In this document: one piece after another, positions 1-14,600 of the stretch | Layout of the letters: the number at the start of each line of letters is the position of its first letter | Numbering within the stretch: the first letter of the stretch is position 1 | Assembly: GCF_000150275.1 (NCBI RefSeq) | Contig: NW_002060947.1 | Coordinates: forward strand, 7,921,880 to 7,985,879 | DNA: 64,000 bases | From: Trichoplax adhaerens | Taxonomy: Eukaryota; Animalia; Placozoa | Direction: 5' to 3' | The notes under the pieces: generated by a model | The model's input: only the letters and a program-made list of their open reading frames with translations | What the model was told of the DNA's origin: nothing | Databases searched by the model: none | Program-made: the position numbers and the translations under genes

Positions 1-501
1 TCTGAAAGATCGTAAGCTGATAATCTTACACAATTCCAACACACAGATAGGATTGATAATTTTTATTTATAAGAAGATACTTAGCAAGTTGCTAGAGCGG
101 ATAATAAATTCTTTTATTATAGAATATCGGTATCAAGATTTACTTGTAATCCTTTCAGAATGAATCTGTAGCTGCTTCAGTTTTTGTAATACTAATTGAT
201 ATAGCTTTCAATATAAAATCTTAAAATCTTTCTTATTGGATTGATAGATTCAGTAATCATTAATTTCCCTCCAAAAATACCTAAATGCTTTACTATTAGC
301 GATTGAAATATTGATAAAGGTCAACTTTTGAATACTATGATTGCTTTATCACTAGTCTAATAATTGGATATACAGATTCTCATGACTATGTCTAGAAAGG
401 TTATTTCAAAGTAAATAACTGCGAACTATTGATCCCCTTCTATTTCAATTGAAACAATTAAAAAGTCACTAAAGGGATTCCTATTTCAAATATGATACTA
501 T

Positions 502-3500
502 TCATTTGTCCAAGTATTCTTCTCGGAATAAACTGTATAAATACTCGCAAATTGTATATTCTCTGATACTGACAGTATGAGTAAACTTTAATTTATCATA
601 ATTTGGAAGATTTTGGGTTGATAGTATATCTTTGCCTAAGCGGAAACAGTCTTTAAAATTTAATTTTGTCCTTCCTTGTAATCCATACGTAGTTAGCTCA
701 TTATCGAATGTGATTGCTCCTCCAATGCATTCCAAAATGCAAACTAGTAAGTCCTCATGTATCGGCAATAGCTAATGACAAACAACGCGTATAAGGAAAT
801 TAGACAAGAGATAAGTTAAATGAAAATCAGTGCTGTACTCAGTAAATACTGTATACTACGGCAAACATAGTAAGTTCATAATTATATAATTATTTTCATG
901 GCTAAATAGGATTAAGAGGCTTGCTGTAGCAAGATTAATCTTATCGTTATATATTGTGTAGATATTAGATATAGCATCCATGATAGACAAATCAGGACTA
1001 TCTCTTACCAAGTGTATAATATTGATGAAAACCATAATGGTGGAGATTTGCTCCTGCATTAAAAAATATTGTGTAGTATTTTATACCTTACAGCGGGTGA
1101 ATTAACCTCATATCTTGCCTTCACTTATAATGATAAGTTATGATACACGTATATTTCACCTCACCTTATTAAGGGTGTATAATGCTTTCTTTGGTGAATC
1201 TATATCTTTAATCAGCTTTTCACAGTCACTAGGTCCTATAACGGGTTTCTTCATGTAAAGATGGTGTTATAGATTAGTAAGTAAATGATATAGAAATATT
1301 TACCATTGAAAATTATATTATATATACATTAATTACTGAATAATAATTTAAAGTCTTAAATATAAGGTTCGAGCTGATAATTAGTTTATAGTTTGTAATT
1401 GCAATTTATATGAATACTGAAAATTATTTTAATTCAAGATAAACTACGCAAAGTTATTAGCATAAAGTTTCAGTGTTTAGAATCCTTTCTCAATTACCGA
1501 TAACTGTCTTAACCATGACCACATAAGTTGGACCTGCACCGCCATTGATTGTTCATTTAGTAGCTGCCAAGGATTGCATTTACAATTCATTTCATGCTAA
1601 AATCAATTGTAATAAGCAATTAAATTTAGTGTACATCATGTACTGTGTATGAGTACTTAAATTAGCCAACAGAGCTAAGAGTATTCCATTTACGTATTGT
1701 ATTACTCTCACTATCAATAATTTCAACATGATATCTAAGAAAATTGATCGGCTTGGAATGTTACGTACTGTATAATTGTTACAATACCCTTAGTATTGTA
1801 AAGTATAAATTTATAATTTTGGACATTAAAATGTGTCTAAGTAAAAATAGGTCTTAAAATAGGATATTTATGTTTTAGAAAATTCTTATGTATTTACTAA
1901 TATACCGATACCTTACTGATACTCAATTTAGTAAAACTATTATTAGAGTATTTGATATTATGATTATGATTACATGTTTGATCTTATAGTCGCCGAACGT
2001 TGTTCTAGACAAGAGTCTTAGAAAAAGTGTGGTAACGTAGGAAAATCTGTTTACATATTGAGTAGGGTAATAAACACTAACGATAGAGATAACAATAATA
2101 ACATGTTTGTACATAGACGTTTTCTATAAAACCAGAGTTTCTCTTAAAATAAACACAATTGTTGTTAACGACTTTAGTTCAAAACTTGACTTTGTGTCTT
2201 AAGTTAATCTACGAATTAATTATCCTGTTTTTTGTTTGCGCTAGCTTAATTTGATAAATGTCACCACTATGCATACAAATACATGCCTAACTAGTTATAA
2301 TTTAAATATCTTTCTTGCAAACTATTAGCCAAGTCTTACATGACATTCATAACACTTCGCTATCCTGAAATTATACTATTTAATGAAATCGCATCTACGG
2401 TGGCTTTCATTTTGCCACGATTTGATAGTAATATTAATGTAATACTGGCAATTTTTAATGTTCAATATTACATTATAGAATACGATGCTCTATTTAATCT
2501 CCATGCTATTAAATTTGCAATTGGATGTAGGTATTCTCAATATAACCGTATCACAGAATAAAACGATACGTAGGTTTTCATAAAAGGGTAAAAAAATCTT
2601 TTATGCCTATTTAATAAATTTGCTAAATTACTCGCTTTAATAAAATGTGCATTTATAAACTAGTAAATCGTCTAGGTAGTGCTTCGTCATATTAAATATG
2701 TGGATAAACCAGCAATCCACGCGTAAATTACAACAATATTCAAAGGGAATTATGAGTTAGTGTTCAAGGTTCCAAACTATGGATAACTTAGTAAAATATT
2801 ACCTGGAGAAGATCACTACGAGATTGTAAATCGGATCCTGATTGAATACTGTGAGCTGTTAAAACATCAGCAATATCCTTTCGTTTATTCATGGACAAAA
2901 TAGAATTATGAACCGTGACCGATCTTTTTTCACGATCTTCTTGACAGCTGTTCTCTTCGTCTGTTTTTTTATCCTTTTCTTCTTCAAGACTTTTAGACCG
3001 TAGAAATAAAGGCGTATACCCGATAGTATGTTGACCAACCTTAGCATGATTGAGTGGTTGTAATTTTCTATTCCATTGACCTGCTACAGATGCCATGCTA
3101 GTGGTTGCTTTAGCTGTTAGAGCAGATTCCAAAATTGTAGAAATCTGATACGATGAATTCATTTTTGTACTTGGCTTTTGGATTATTCTTCTATTGAGAA
3201 GCGGAGATGCACCACCCGGTAATTTATTATTTGCTATTTGACTACTGGTATTTTTTGTAGCATTGATTATATCAATGTCACTTTGAGTTTTTTTCATAGA
3301 CTGATAAACATCATCATCTTCAATATCTTCAGGTATCGCATTATGTGCTTTGGATTTTGAATTTGGTTTAGGCTTTTCCTCTTCTTCTTCTTCTTTCTCT
3401 TCTTCTACTTCGATTTCTTCTTCTCCTTCATGAAAGGCATTTAACGAAGATTTTATCTTCTTTTTATTGTAGTACTCCCCAGTTTTATCCAAACCATTAA

Positions 3501-6500
3501 TCATAACTGGAGTATCTCTACGCCTTAAATGCTTTGCCGATGCTATAGGATTATCTTCTTCTTCCTGAGATTCAGAGGACGAAGTAGAAGCCTTCTTTTT
3601 ACTTTGACGAGATTTCTTATTATTTTTTTTTTCAGCGATAGCTTCATCAATATAATTCTTAAAAGATTCATAAACTCCATCTATGATCTAAAATTGAATT
3701 GATTATTAATCATTTGCAAGATGGAGTTTCTAAACTATAAAGATTTGAAAACTGATTATTAATAATTTATAATATATTATTTTACGTTAGCAAATAAATT
3801 TTGCCTTAGCATACTACCAATATTATTCCAATTACACAGAACGGAATAGCTTACTTTAGGAATAAAACGCAATCGTTTGGCTTCTAAACCATGTAGTAAG
3901 TGCGACTGGCGTATTAGAGATTTTGATAAGTCTAGATATCTTGGTTTTTCTTCACTGCAATGTAGAGTCAAAGTAAGTATACAACGATATATATCTAAAT
4001 TCAAATTAACGACATTGTGAATAGAAGCTAGTTTATCATTAATAAATTGAATAGAATCGACTTCCAGTATTAGTAAAATAGCTTTTATGGAAGCGACAAA
4101 ATATGCTTAAAATCCTTTATTGGAAATCGTAATTTTAACTAACCAGGCGGGAAAGATTATCCATAAATTCTTTATGAAGCTATAAAACTGATGAACGCAT
4201 TCAATTTGCCCTCGTGTTTGGATTGCACCTCTCCTATATTAAGTTTAAATAATGATATTAAATCGACCATCGAAAATTATCAGCCAGGAAAATCAAAACT
4301 CAATCTCATAAGAACTGCATCCTAATACTAAACTTATCAATTATTATAATTTTATGCAAGATAAAATTTAAATCCTGCATAATGTATCATTCGAACATTA
4401 AATTAGAATATATATTTAATATCAACTACCGTTTAGATCGAACAAAATGGATCGCTTGATTAGAGTCCATCTTTTTGGAGTATATTAAATAGCATGCTAT
4501 TAATACTCCTGTTCGACCTAAAATGTAATCAAAATTGCTAAATTTAAATTGAATGCATAAAAGAAATTTTGATAGCAATTCAGGATTAAGAAATTAAAAT
4601 TTTCTTCCTAGCGAATTACCTAGTCCAGCATGGCAATGAACGGCCACCTAAAGTGTTTTAATTTTGGTTCATTAGATGGATTAGACTAACAGAAATTTAA
4701 GGATTGAAGAAATACACGTAAAACACGAACTGACCTTTCCTTCTTGAATTGCAAAGTCCATAACCTTGACCATGTCAAGTATTGAATGCAATGATCTCAC
4801 ACCGTAATCGTCCCTATAATATAGAGATTTCATGATACCATTTATTAGCCGGCAAAGCAGTTGTTTGGAACACGAACATCTTGAGAATTAATCAAATTAT
4901 GACTGAAATTATACTATCATTTCGAATTGTTGTTTAGAGCAAGGTTTAATCTTAAGCTTGGAGATAATGTTTACTATGCTTATTTTAATTATGAAAATAG
5001 AATGGAAGGAAAGACTCACCATATAAAATTATAGAAAAATACTGCATAAAGAAAAATAAAGATTTATCGATAGATTAGTCATTTCAAAAATATTAAAAGA
5101 TAAATGTTATAAGAGTAGAATAGAGGAAATAATTCAATAAATATATTTTTCTAATTAATGAATAAATCACTCTTAGCATATTATCGTAGCAGCTATATTT
5201 CTAGAAAATAATACGAACTGTCTTCATCCATGAATGCCTGAGGATTGTATGAAAATCCACTTGAATCTAAACCATAGCCACAGTGTAAATGTTCTCCGAC
5301 ATGCTGCAGGTTTACAATGGATGTTATACCAACACTAAAATAATGGCAGATAGTGGAAGACAAAAACCAAATTTACTGTTTACCGAACTAGGTTGTTCTT
5401 TAAAACGGAGTACGCATATTATTTGTAGAGTTGAAAGCTTACTCATGAAATCGTTGCATCATATTAAACATTTCTATATTCCGCGTATTTGGTCTTGCCA
5501 TAGCTAAAATTGAATCTGTAACCCTATATTCATAAAAGTATAGCTTATACTACTGCAAAAAGTTGTAAGAGTCCAGCATAGAATGGTCTATAAGCATGGT
5601 ATTCAGATATTGCTCCATTTTGGGGATATCTTAAGTTAAAAAGTAATTACTAAAATAGCGTTTTAAGCTTTTCCAAAGTAATCAATATCAACTTATTCAA
5701 TTTCCTTAGAAATGACTATCGAAATTTCTGTTTATGCATAAATATTTATCATATTGGCCAGTAAAATATTGATATAAGACTTAGTAGCAGCTATCGTTCA
5801 GTCATTGTTGATGATATTAATATTCGGGATGTGACCAAGAGGAATAAAGTAAGAGTAATCTGTTTACTGTTAGATTATAACAATACTGTACCTGTACTAC
5901 TTGTACTGTAAACATGTTTATTAGCACAAAATATACTAAGCACAGATTATTTTGACTAACTAAACTCGTAGACCATAAAGTTACGACGATGGTGTAGACA
6001 TCCAATTGAATCAATACCGCAAGTAACTAATTATAGATCTAGTTTGACGAAAATAAGGTAGCGTTCATCATTTGATAAATTTATTCTCAATTATCAAAAA
6101 AAGTATAGCTTGTTTACGATACTAATAAACAAAGTCGGCATTGTAACGAAGCATAATTAAAAAAATTGATGGCAAAGTTATAATTTAGGTTATAGATAAT
6201 ATTAAAGTGTTTAAAATACTGTATTAGCCAAGATGATACACGTACCAGTGTGAAAACAACCCATTTATTGCCATGTCATCATTATTCCATCTTGTTCCGC
6301 TTTCATATTTACACCCTTTACCACCACAGAACAATTTACACTGCAGGCCACTAGGAGCCAAATGGCGCACTGACTCTGTAAATTTAGAGTACTTAGGTCC
6401 AACATCTATAAATGCTTCTGTTTGATTACTCTTGGTTACATTTGCTGTATTCCATTTAATCTGTCCTTTTCTATCAACCGTTTTGGCTTCCGTGTGATCC

Positions 6501-6502
6501 AT
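502..6502 (-). CDS. PTPDC1: Protein tyrosine phosphatase domain-containing protein 1 (14 coding exons)
   Basis: Manual splicing with GT-AG, phase-compatible junctions: 6502-6246, 5523-5443, 5334-5219, 5041-5020, 4813-4735, 4647-4620, 4517-4430, 4233-4144, 3954-3855, 3687-2803, 1596-1498, 1248-1165, 1053-1009, 771-502. Contains the PTPDC1-type N-terminal motif PKYSKFTESVRH..QCKLFCGGKGCKYE..AINGLFSHWVTDSILAMARP, an intact PTP signature VHCHAGLGRTG, AIQTRGQ, and LMWSWLRQL. The start Met (6502) is inferred: first in-frame ATG after an in-frame stop. Confidence 0.9.
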
Positions 6503-8759
6503 ACTTTTCACATGTAAGATTGGAAGCCGGTTAGTTTGCTTGTAATTCAACCATTAGGCTCTTAAGATATGCAAGAAAAAGAGTTATTATTTTAAGTTTA
6601 ACAACCGCTTTAATCGCTTTTGGAAGTGTGTTTAATCAAACAAAAATGGTGGAATAGTTTACAATTTGAAAGAATGAGAAATCGTTACTCCTACTTATAA
6701 AGAAAAATTGCTCTAAATGGTATCAGAATTAAATACGTTATCCTTGGATTAATAATACTGATATGAAGTTAGTTTATCTCTTAACGCAAAACTTTAAATC
6801 ATAACTTAGTAAAGTAATCAGCTATTAATCATGTAATAAGTTGAATACAGTTTCAATACAAAGAAGAATCAAAAATTTAACGACAGTAAAATTACCTTGT
6901 AGTCTAAAATAGTTACGAAAGCATCTGTATCGAATAAACTTGATCTAACTTTCTGTTTGAAGAACAGGATGGATATAGTTGTTTGCTATGACGCTATGCG
7001 TGCTATGGCAATTTATTCAATACGCACGGTAAAAGTTATAATATCTACTAAATTACTTTGTACCATGCAATGGAAGTTTGTATACAGACTGTAACCCCTT
7101 TACTGGAATATACTGGTTCAAGCAATCTATAATGATTTCTACTTAGCAAATGGAATCGATCTACTATAATCTATAACTACCGTAATATTTTAATATTAAT
7201 AGTTGACAAACCAGCATAAGACTGTTTGGAAACAGAGGCAATAATTCATAGGATTTGACCAGAACATCTTATCCATTTATTGGATTGCTCATCCGAAAGC
7301 CATAATATTATTTCGGATGTATCCATAGCAACAGACCATGCGTAATTAATATCCCATTTTGTAGTTGTCCAATTAAATTCTATTTCGGCTCTCATCTTCG
7401 TAAGCTGCTAAGGAAAAAAATGCTAGTACGAGTAGGATATGTTGCATTAATTCTATAATCGTATTCGTGATTTATTATTATGAAAACCTCGCGATATGAT
7501 AATATACTCTCTCTTTCTGCGATTTGAAATTACGCTTGAGCTTATGACACTATGGTAACGGATTGGCGAATAGTTATTTATGAAAGAGGGAAGACATACA
7601 ACTGATTAAGGACATCCATGGTTAAAGATGATACACAACTGTGCTATTAATGTACAGCTGTTGCAGCGTTATTTACTATTGTCATGATATTGAATGAGTT
7701 ATTACTATATTTAATGTTTATATTTTACCATAGATACTGCAACAGATTGAATTGTCTTTTTACTCGGTCACAGTTTAAGTATCCAACTGGTGCAATTCTG
7801 TCTAGACGATAATGATAGTTAAAGCACGACTAACTATCGTGCTATTTACATTAGGTAATTATAATTAATCAGAAAGCGCAGTAGTCAATTCACTGAGTGA
7901 ATGTAAGATTGGCTACCATTAGAGGCCCATAACTGTCGGGTAGTATGCTATAGTTATTGTTGTCATCATATGACAAAATTTTACTAGCTATTATTTCAAG
8001 CCATAAATGAATAAATAGCTCCGCATTTTACCTTTCATTAAGAAGGCATATCTACTATTGTAGATCTTACAAATATGGAAGCTTATGACATGACTATTTT
8101 CAATCACCTTCGATGTACAAATGTGCTTTCTATCATTACATATTCTATGCATTTTATCTGACTTTTGTAGTATTATGCCTCAGTTATCGTAACTTTAAAG
8201 AATAAAAATAGCAAATAATAATGTGTTTATTGAATGATATAAGAAGTGTAATTCTTAACGTGATATCACGAGTTACTATAGCATAGAGTTACCGCGATGA
8301 TGAGTGCTGCAAACTTTTCTGCTTTTATAACAAGGAAAAATTAACGAGAGCCTTCAGATAGATTCATGAGCTTACAGATATCACCAATATATAACAAGGA
8401 ATAGCATATTAGAAAAATTTATTCAGGCAAACATTTCGTCTATAGCCTCTTTTATAGACCTGCATATTACAGATTTCATGGTAAAAGTAAATAGACTACT
8501 ATAATCTGAGTAGAATGGATTAATGTCCTAAACGGTATAAAGTTACTGAACCTCTGACAGGTCTATCAAATGGTAATACTATCTGTTAAATGAGCACATT
8601 ATCGTAAACCGTCAGTAAAGCGACGGGAGTTTGTACTAGTATCCTCAGAAATGAGTGAAGAATGAATAAATAAAATACTAATAAAGAAGTAATGAACAGC
8701 AGCAATAATTCAACGGCAATGGCTCTAATTGATCCTGTATTCAGCTAAAATTAGATAGT

Positions 8760-10440
8760 ATGTAAATCTATATTCCATTAATGACGGAGTAAAGATATCG
8801 TAAATCAGTTTTACTTCTACGACGAATTAGAAGGATCCTATTTTTGGATTACGTTGTTTCCTATCTTAAGATATATAGAGAGCATCCAACTTGGCTCTAT
8901 GCCAAAATAGGAGGCACTTTAGTATGGTAATTCAAAGCTTTAAACTATATATAGAGTTTTTTGTTACATTTTAGAATGACTGTTCAATAAATCATCTTTT
9001 CAACAAAGTGATGCATAGTGAATTGACGTTAACGTTAATGCATTATAGCAGTAAGCTAGATGTGAAAAGTATTCTTATTACATAACATCAATCATAGCGG
9101 CTACGAATCGTATGAAAATACGGGTTAGAATCAATAGCAGATTAGCATTAAAAGCAGTAAAGAAAAACTTAAACTTCGGATAGGACTTTCGTATAGGTCG
9201 ACATCAAATACAGGCTCTGATAGTGATTATCATTTCATTAATATTTCTATGCTATTAAGGCACGCTAAATAGTCGTTCTCCAATAGCCTTGTACAATATG
9301 ACATTATTTGTAACATGGAGTAAAAGATATTGCAGATCAACATTTCGTGCTAATCATCGAAAATTTGTGTTCAGTCAAAGGTAGATTAACGACAAAAACT
9401 GTCAAGTAAACTGGAGATATTATGCAGTGAGCCGTATTCAACTGTATGTAGATAGATTAAATCTACATATACGCTCCAATAGCATTGCAAAACATCAAAT
9501 CAATCTGAAGATGGAATAAAATATTTCAGGCCAATTAATCCGCCAATTCCAATAGCCTTGTACGACATGATATCCATTTTAAAAAGGAGTAAAGATATTT
9601 TAAATAGAATGTTGGCATAAAGTTCACTAGTCTTGCTAACCTAATGTTCATTTTAAGAAATTGTACAGTAAACTGAAAGCACTGAATCAGATCCTACTAT
9701 GTATCGATCAGATGTTGTTACACGCTCCAGTAGCCTTGAACAATCTTGTACCTATTTTAAGATTGAATAAGATATTTCAGATCACGTTTGTGGAAAAGAA
9801 GGCTTCAATCGTACCTTAGACTAGAATGTTGTTGACGAAACATGCCATAATTCTTTGATATTTTGCTCTATTTCTTTGAATAAATGCAAATGGTAATAAG
9901 CCAAATAAGAAGGCGCACAGAACTTTTAGATCACATTCCTGGAAAGGAAGGATCTAACACTCAGAATAGAGTTTTATTAGCGCAACATGCAATAAGAGAT
10001 CCCTTTTGATATATGGCGGAATTATTTTCACGGCATTAATTTCCGTAACAAATTTCTAGTAATCCGTGCAATAAGAGATCCCTTTTGATATATGGCGGAA
10101 TTATTTTCACGGCATTAATTTCCGTAACAAATTTCTAGTAATCCGTGCAATAAGAGATCCCTTTTGATATATGGCGAAGTTATTTTCACGGCATCTCTAC
10201 ATAAAAAGTCACGTATTTTATTAATTAACTAGACCTCATCTCTATTTTGAACGAAGCATGCAACAACCCTTTGATATTGTGCTTTATTTTGTTGAATAAG
10301 TGACCACCAGTCAAATAAGAAGTCAAACAATATTTCAAATCACGTTCCTGAAAAGAAAGGATTCAAAAGCTCAGACTAGAGAGTCTTTTTAACGAAAAAT
10401 GCAATAACCCTTTGATACCGTGCTCTATTCCGTTGAATAA
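8760..10440. repeat. Old degenerate tandem repeat region (two unit families)
   Basis: Recurring CTCCAATAGCCTTGTAC...GGAGTAAAGATATT motif (~9278, 9471, 9547, 9721; partial ~8780). A second, ~150-bp unit AGATCACGTT..GGAAAAGAAGG..CTCAGACTAGA..CATGCAATAA..CTTTGATA occurs at ~9775, 9925, 10250 (partial) and 10335. Confidence 0.65.
9988..10194. repeat. Near-perfect 79-bp tandem repeat, ~2.6 copies
   Basis: TGCAATAAGAGATCCCTTTTGATATATGGCG... starts at 9988, 10067 and 10146 (period 79). Confidence 0.95.
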
Positions 10441-11616
10441 GAAGCAATAGAGAGAAGGTAAATTTAATGAAGAAAAAATGAAGTTATTGAATCAATTTCT
10501 ACATTGAAATCGTAGACAGTCTAATCTATTCAATTTTGATAACATTTGTCTTCCAAAATTGGACATGGATACTTTCAATCAAGTTGGCAACAGTAGTACA
10601 TCAACTCCATGGACAACATACGCGTAGAATGATTTCTTCCTTCAAGAAGCTTGATGAAGTCTATGATAGTTAAACACACATCATTCATCAACTTGGCTAC
10701 TAATTTCTGGTTGTTATAGCGTGGATTACTGATGCCATTACTTTCGCTAGTCGTGAATCATTAAGATTTCGAGAACATTTCTTCTACTGTATAGTATTAT
10801 TTATATCCATAGGTTGGTTGTCCTTATGTAATATATTACTATATAAAAATAGACAGTAGACAAGGCTTGTGAAGGCTATCATCTATGTTGTGTCAGATTG
10901 GGATTAGTATCGTTGTTAATGTTAGATTGGAAGAGATTGCTGTAGGAAAGACTGCCAAACAACAACATGGTCGCTAGCAATCCATGCATCATTTCTACCG
11001 TGTTGTAAAATGGCTACTAGAGTTTTTGTATATCCTGCCTGATGTCGCCATTCTGCCTTGATTAACATGGCTACTCTAGTCAAACAATAGAGTGGAATTG
11101 TCTTTGATGATGGAATTCTTCACCTTAAACTATTGTCTTGTTAAAATAACTTTGAATTTAAAATGGAGCTTTACAACGCTAATTATCCACTGTACAAGAG
11201 ATGGATTATCGTATTAAAATGGTTGTTATTGAGGTCATTGGCAACGATTGAATTTTCATTAATATAGAAATGGCCAATTTTAGCATGATATCGCAATGAT
11301 AGGAGAAAGAATGGCGATGATTGGATTGGCCAAGTGAAATAGGATAGCACTCCAAATAAATTGGATGTTTTTATCGTTAATAAATCATTTTGCTAGCGTT
11401 CTCCATTAGGCTTCTATTGAATAGTAAATTAACATAACAGATCGAAAAGATCGTCTCATTAAAAGAGTACTATTCAACTAAAATTTAATTGATGATAATT
11501 AATTGATCATCATTATTGAGGGTAAGATGTATTTCTTCACTATCCTCCATTGCATGATATACACGCTATCGACTGTTATTATCCTCATTTAAATTGCTTT
11601 AGTAAAATAACAAAAA

Positions 11617-11662
11617 CTCCCTCCCTCCCTCCCTTCTTCCCCCCCCCACCCAAAAAAAAAAA
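11617..11662 (-). repeat. (CCCT)4 / C-run / A-run simple sequence; G-quadruplex-type motif on the minus strand
   Basis: CCCTCCCTCCCTCCC at 11619-11633, followed by a C9 run and a poly-A run. Confidence 0.7.
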
Positions 11663-14600
11663 TCAATGGCAAATCGGGTATGGAAAATGGATAGGAAACT
11701 ACTTTCAAATCGTCCACCATTCCTCCCTAATAGAATGATGTAGTGTGATTAATAACGTCCTTTCATGTTTCTTAATTATTTTTATTTTACTGTAGGGAAA
11801 TGTCCACTTTAGAGAATAGAATACAAGGCGAAAAAGTAATTACCTCCTTGAATGCATTGATTAGTAAGTCTGGTCAAGAACGAATAACAGCATCTTCTCC
11901 ATTCAATATTGTCTTTACTATTGAAATGATCAATTTGTCTATGGATTGTTAAGTTGATTTTTTATTTTTTGTCTTGCCATTGAAATTCGACGTTAATTGC
12001 TTTGTTTCAACGTTGAATGTTGTTATAACTAACTTACTGATGGCAATTGTCAACATGGAGTCGGCGGAACTATTCATCATTATTGATTCTCTTTCATGGA
12101 CAATAACTTACTGTCTTGGTTGATTCTATCTCTTTTTCCCCTTTTAGCAAGACTGCTATTATTATGCAACGCTAACTCGTTGTTAGAATAACTGATTAAT
12201 CATCCTTGATCCTCAAGCAATTTGACTTGAACATGAAAAGTGCTTCTCCATAAACGAAGGATTACACAAGCTGTCCATGCCAACCAGATGGTGTTTGCTA
12301 CTATTGATATCATTGGTAGATTGATTTATTAACCAATACAAAACACTTGTCTATTCTACTTTCTATCTTCTATCCTTGATCAAAAGTAGGGAATCAAAAA
12401 ATAAAAAATACTTGGACACAATAATTGGTGGATTATCATTTCAACGGCTATTTAGACGATGATCAAAATGCGTTACAATGCAATGGATGATTAGTTCAAC
12501 CACAACTTGAGTGGATTGCTAATTTAGAACATACTTCATGTGATGTTATTTTGTCTAGCCATTGCCAAACCTTCTTTCAATTGATCCTTATCATACCAAT
12601 TGAAAATTATTATTATTCTTCATCGCAGTAGGATAGTAGTTGTAATCGAGTTGAAAACAAGGTTAAATTATCCTTGAATGATTAAGCACATTTGAAGCCT
12701 GTTGGTGGGTGATTTTCTTCAACTTTGATCTTCATCGATTGTATGGTAAGTCCAACATTTCTTCATCACTAGCGTAAATCAATCTCATCTTTTCCTCTTA
12801 GCATAGCTCGTATTTCATCTTTTCTATTTTGATTATTTCAACGATCAATTAACAACTGATTAGAATCAAGTTCAATAATCAACGATCAATGATTCTAATC
12901 CTAATGTAAAGGGGTTGATGTAGTGCAATAAATAATCAATGTCATTCAAGCTTGACAAGATTTCCTACCTCTAGACTAGAATAAATTATTCCTAGCAGTT
13001 CTTGTCCATTTCCCTCCCCCTTCCTTACCCTTTAAATTTCTCCTCTGACATCATTTTTGTATTGATAATCCATTTACTACTGTTCAACTATTGTATTTAA
13101 TTAGAGTTCCCCTTAACTTTTTCCTCGACTGTTGTAATCTACCTTATTGTCTTTTAAGCTCGATCTTTTGTTTGATCGACTTGGAACCCTTCAAGTAAAA
13201 ATGTCCACTTATATCTACACTTATCCATGACGAATAGTGATTGATATTTATGGACAAGATGCAGTTGAATTCAAGTAGAGAAAAGTTCAATCTTGATAGA
13301 CTGTTTTGGAATCGAAAATTGAATAACAGTAAAGCTTGTCACTGGTACAATCAACGATGAAATAAAGGAGCAACATTCAAGTGGAGAAGTATTTTTCTTC
13401 TTCTCTCTCTCTAACGCTATCCATTAAATTGTCTTACTGCTTTCTCTGTATTGAGAAACAAATCAATTTTTCAATCTTTTGTCATCCAGTTACCAACTTT
13501 ATTTCAATAGCTATTGTTCCAAATTCAAGCAAACAGTCAGAATAAATTGAATACGATCAGTTGGAAATGACAAGACAAAATTTATCCATCGATGTTGGAA
13601 AAATATCCAACGAGTTGATCAAGACAAGTCTTGTGTCCAATTGATCGTTGTTGAACTTGGCCTTTCTTCTCTTATTTGCCGTCAAATGATGTATCGACAA
13701 TACCATTTACTATCATCATCACTATCCTCCAATGACTCAGGTTAAAGATCATTTTTGCTCGATTCGACAGTATTTGTTGCTCATGGGTTGAATCTAGATT
13801 CAGCAGTTGGGGGTTTAGGATAACGAAATCAAGTTGCCCATGGTGTTGTTGGAAGAAAAGCGATAGTATTGGAATGATCAGTTATGAAAGATGATACTTG
13901 ACAACTTGACTCTCTTATTGACTTAAAAAATCAATGCCGATCTGTTCAATAGCGTAGGGATAACGATATTAAGCTATCTGCTGTTGTAGTTGGACAAGTA
14001 GCTATTGGATTGGGGGCGATTAGCAAGGACAGATTAGACTGGTTAACTTTAGTTTGTTATTGACTTGAAATATAAATAGCAAATTCATTCATGTTGGGAT
14101 TGTCATAATTAGTCATGAAAGATTTGCTCTGCAACTTGACTTCATTATAACATAAGTATTTACTTTACTTATAGCAATCATCTAATCGTTCTAGCTACAA
14201 ATTATCCTCGATCTATTCAATATCCTTGTTCAACAAATCCGTTTCCATGTACGTTAACATATTGAATAGGTTAAGGACAAATGAGATCAAGTGATTTATG
14301 CGGTAGTTGGTTGATTAGCCAGGGAAGATTTTGCACTGTAGCTTTCCTTCACGGCATTAATCTAGGAGTATTTACATTACTGATAACAATCATGGAATCG
14401 CTAGGGCTAAAAATCAATCTGGATCCTGGCGATAGAATTACCATCGTCGAATCGCGATGGCTAAATAATTTAGAATTGTTCTCCATCCACTCCAAATTTT
14501 CTTATTCGTTTGTTCAGTCAATATCGAGCCGAGGAATAGCGTTAGGATGACGATATCAAGTGATCCATGTTAAAGTTGGATGAGCAACGATAGGATTATG

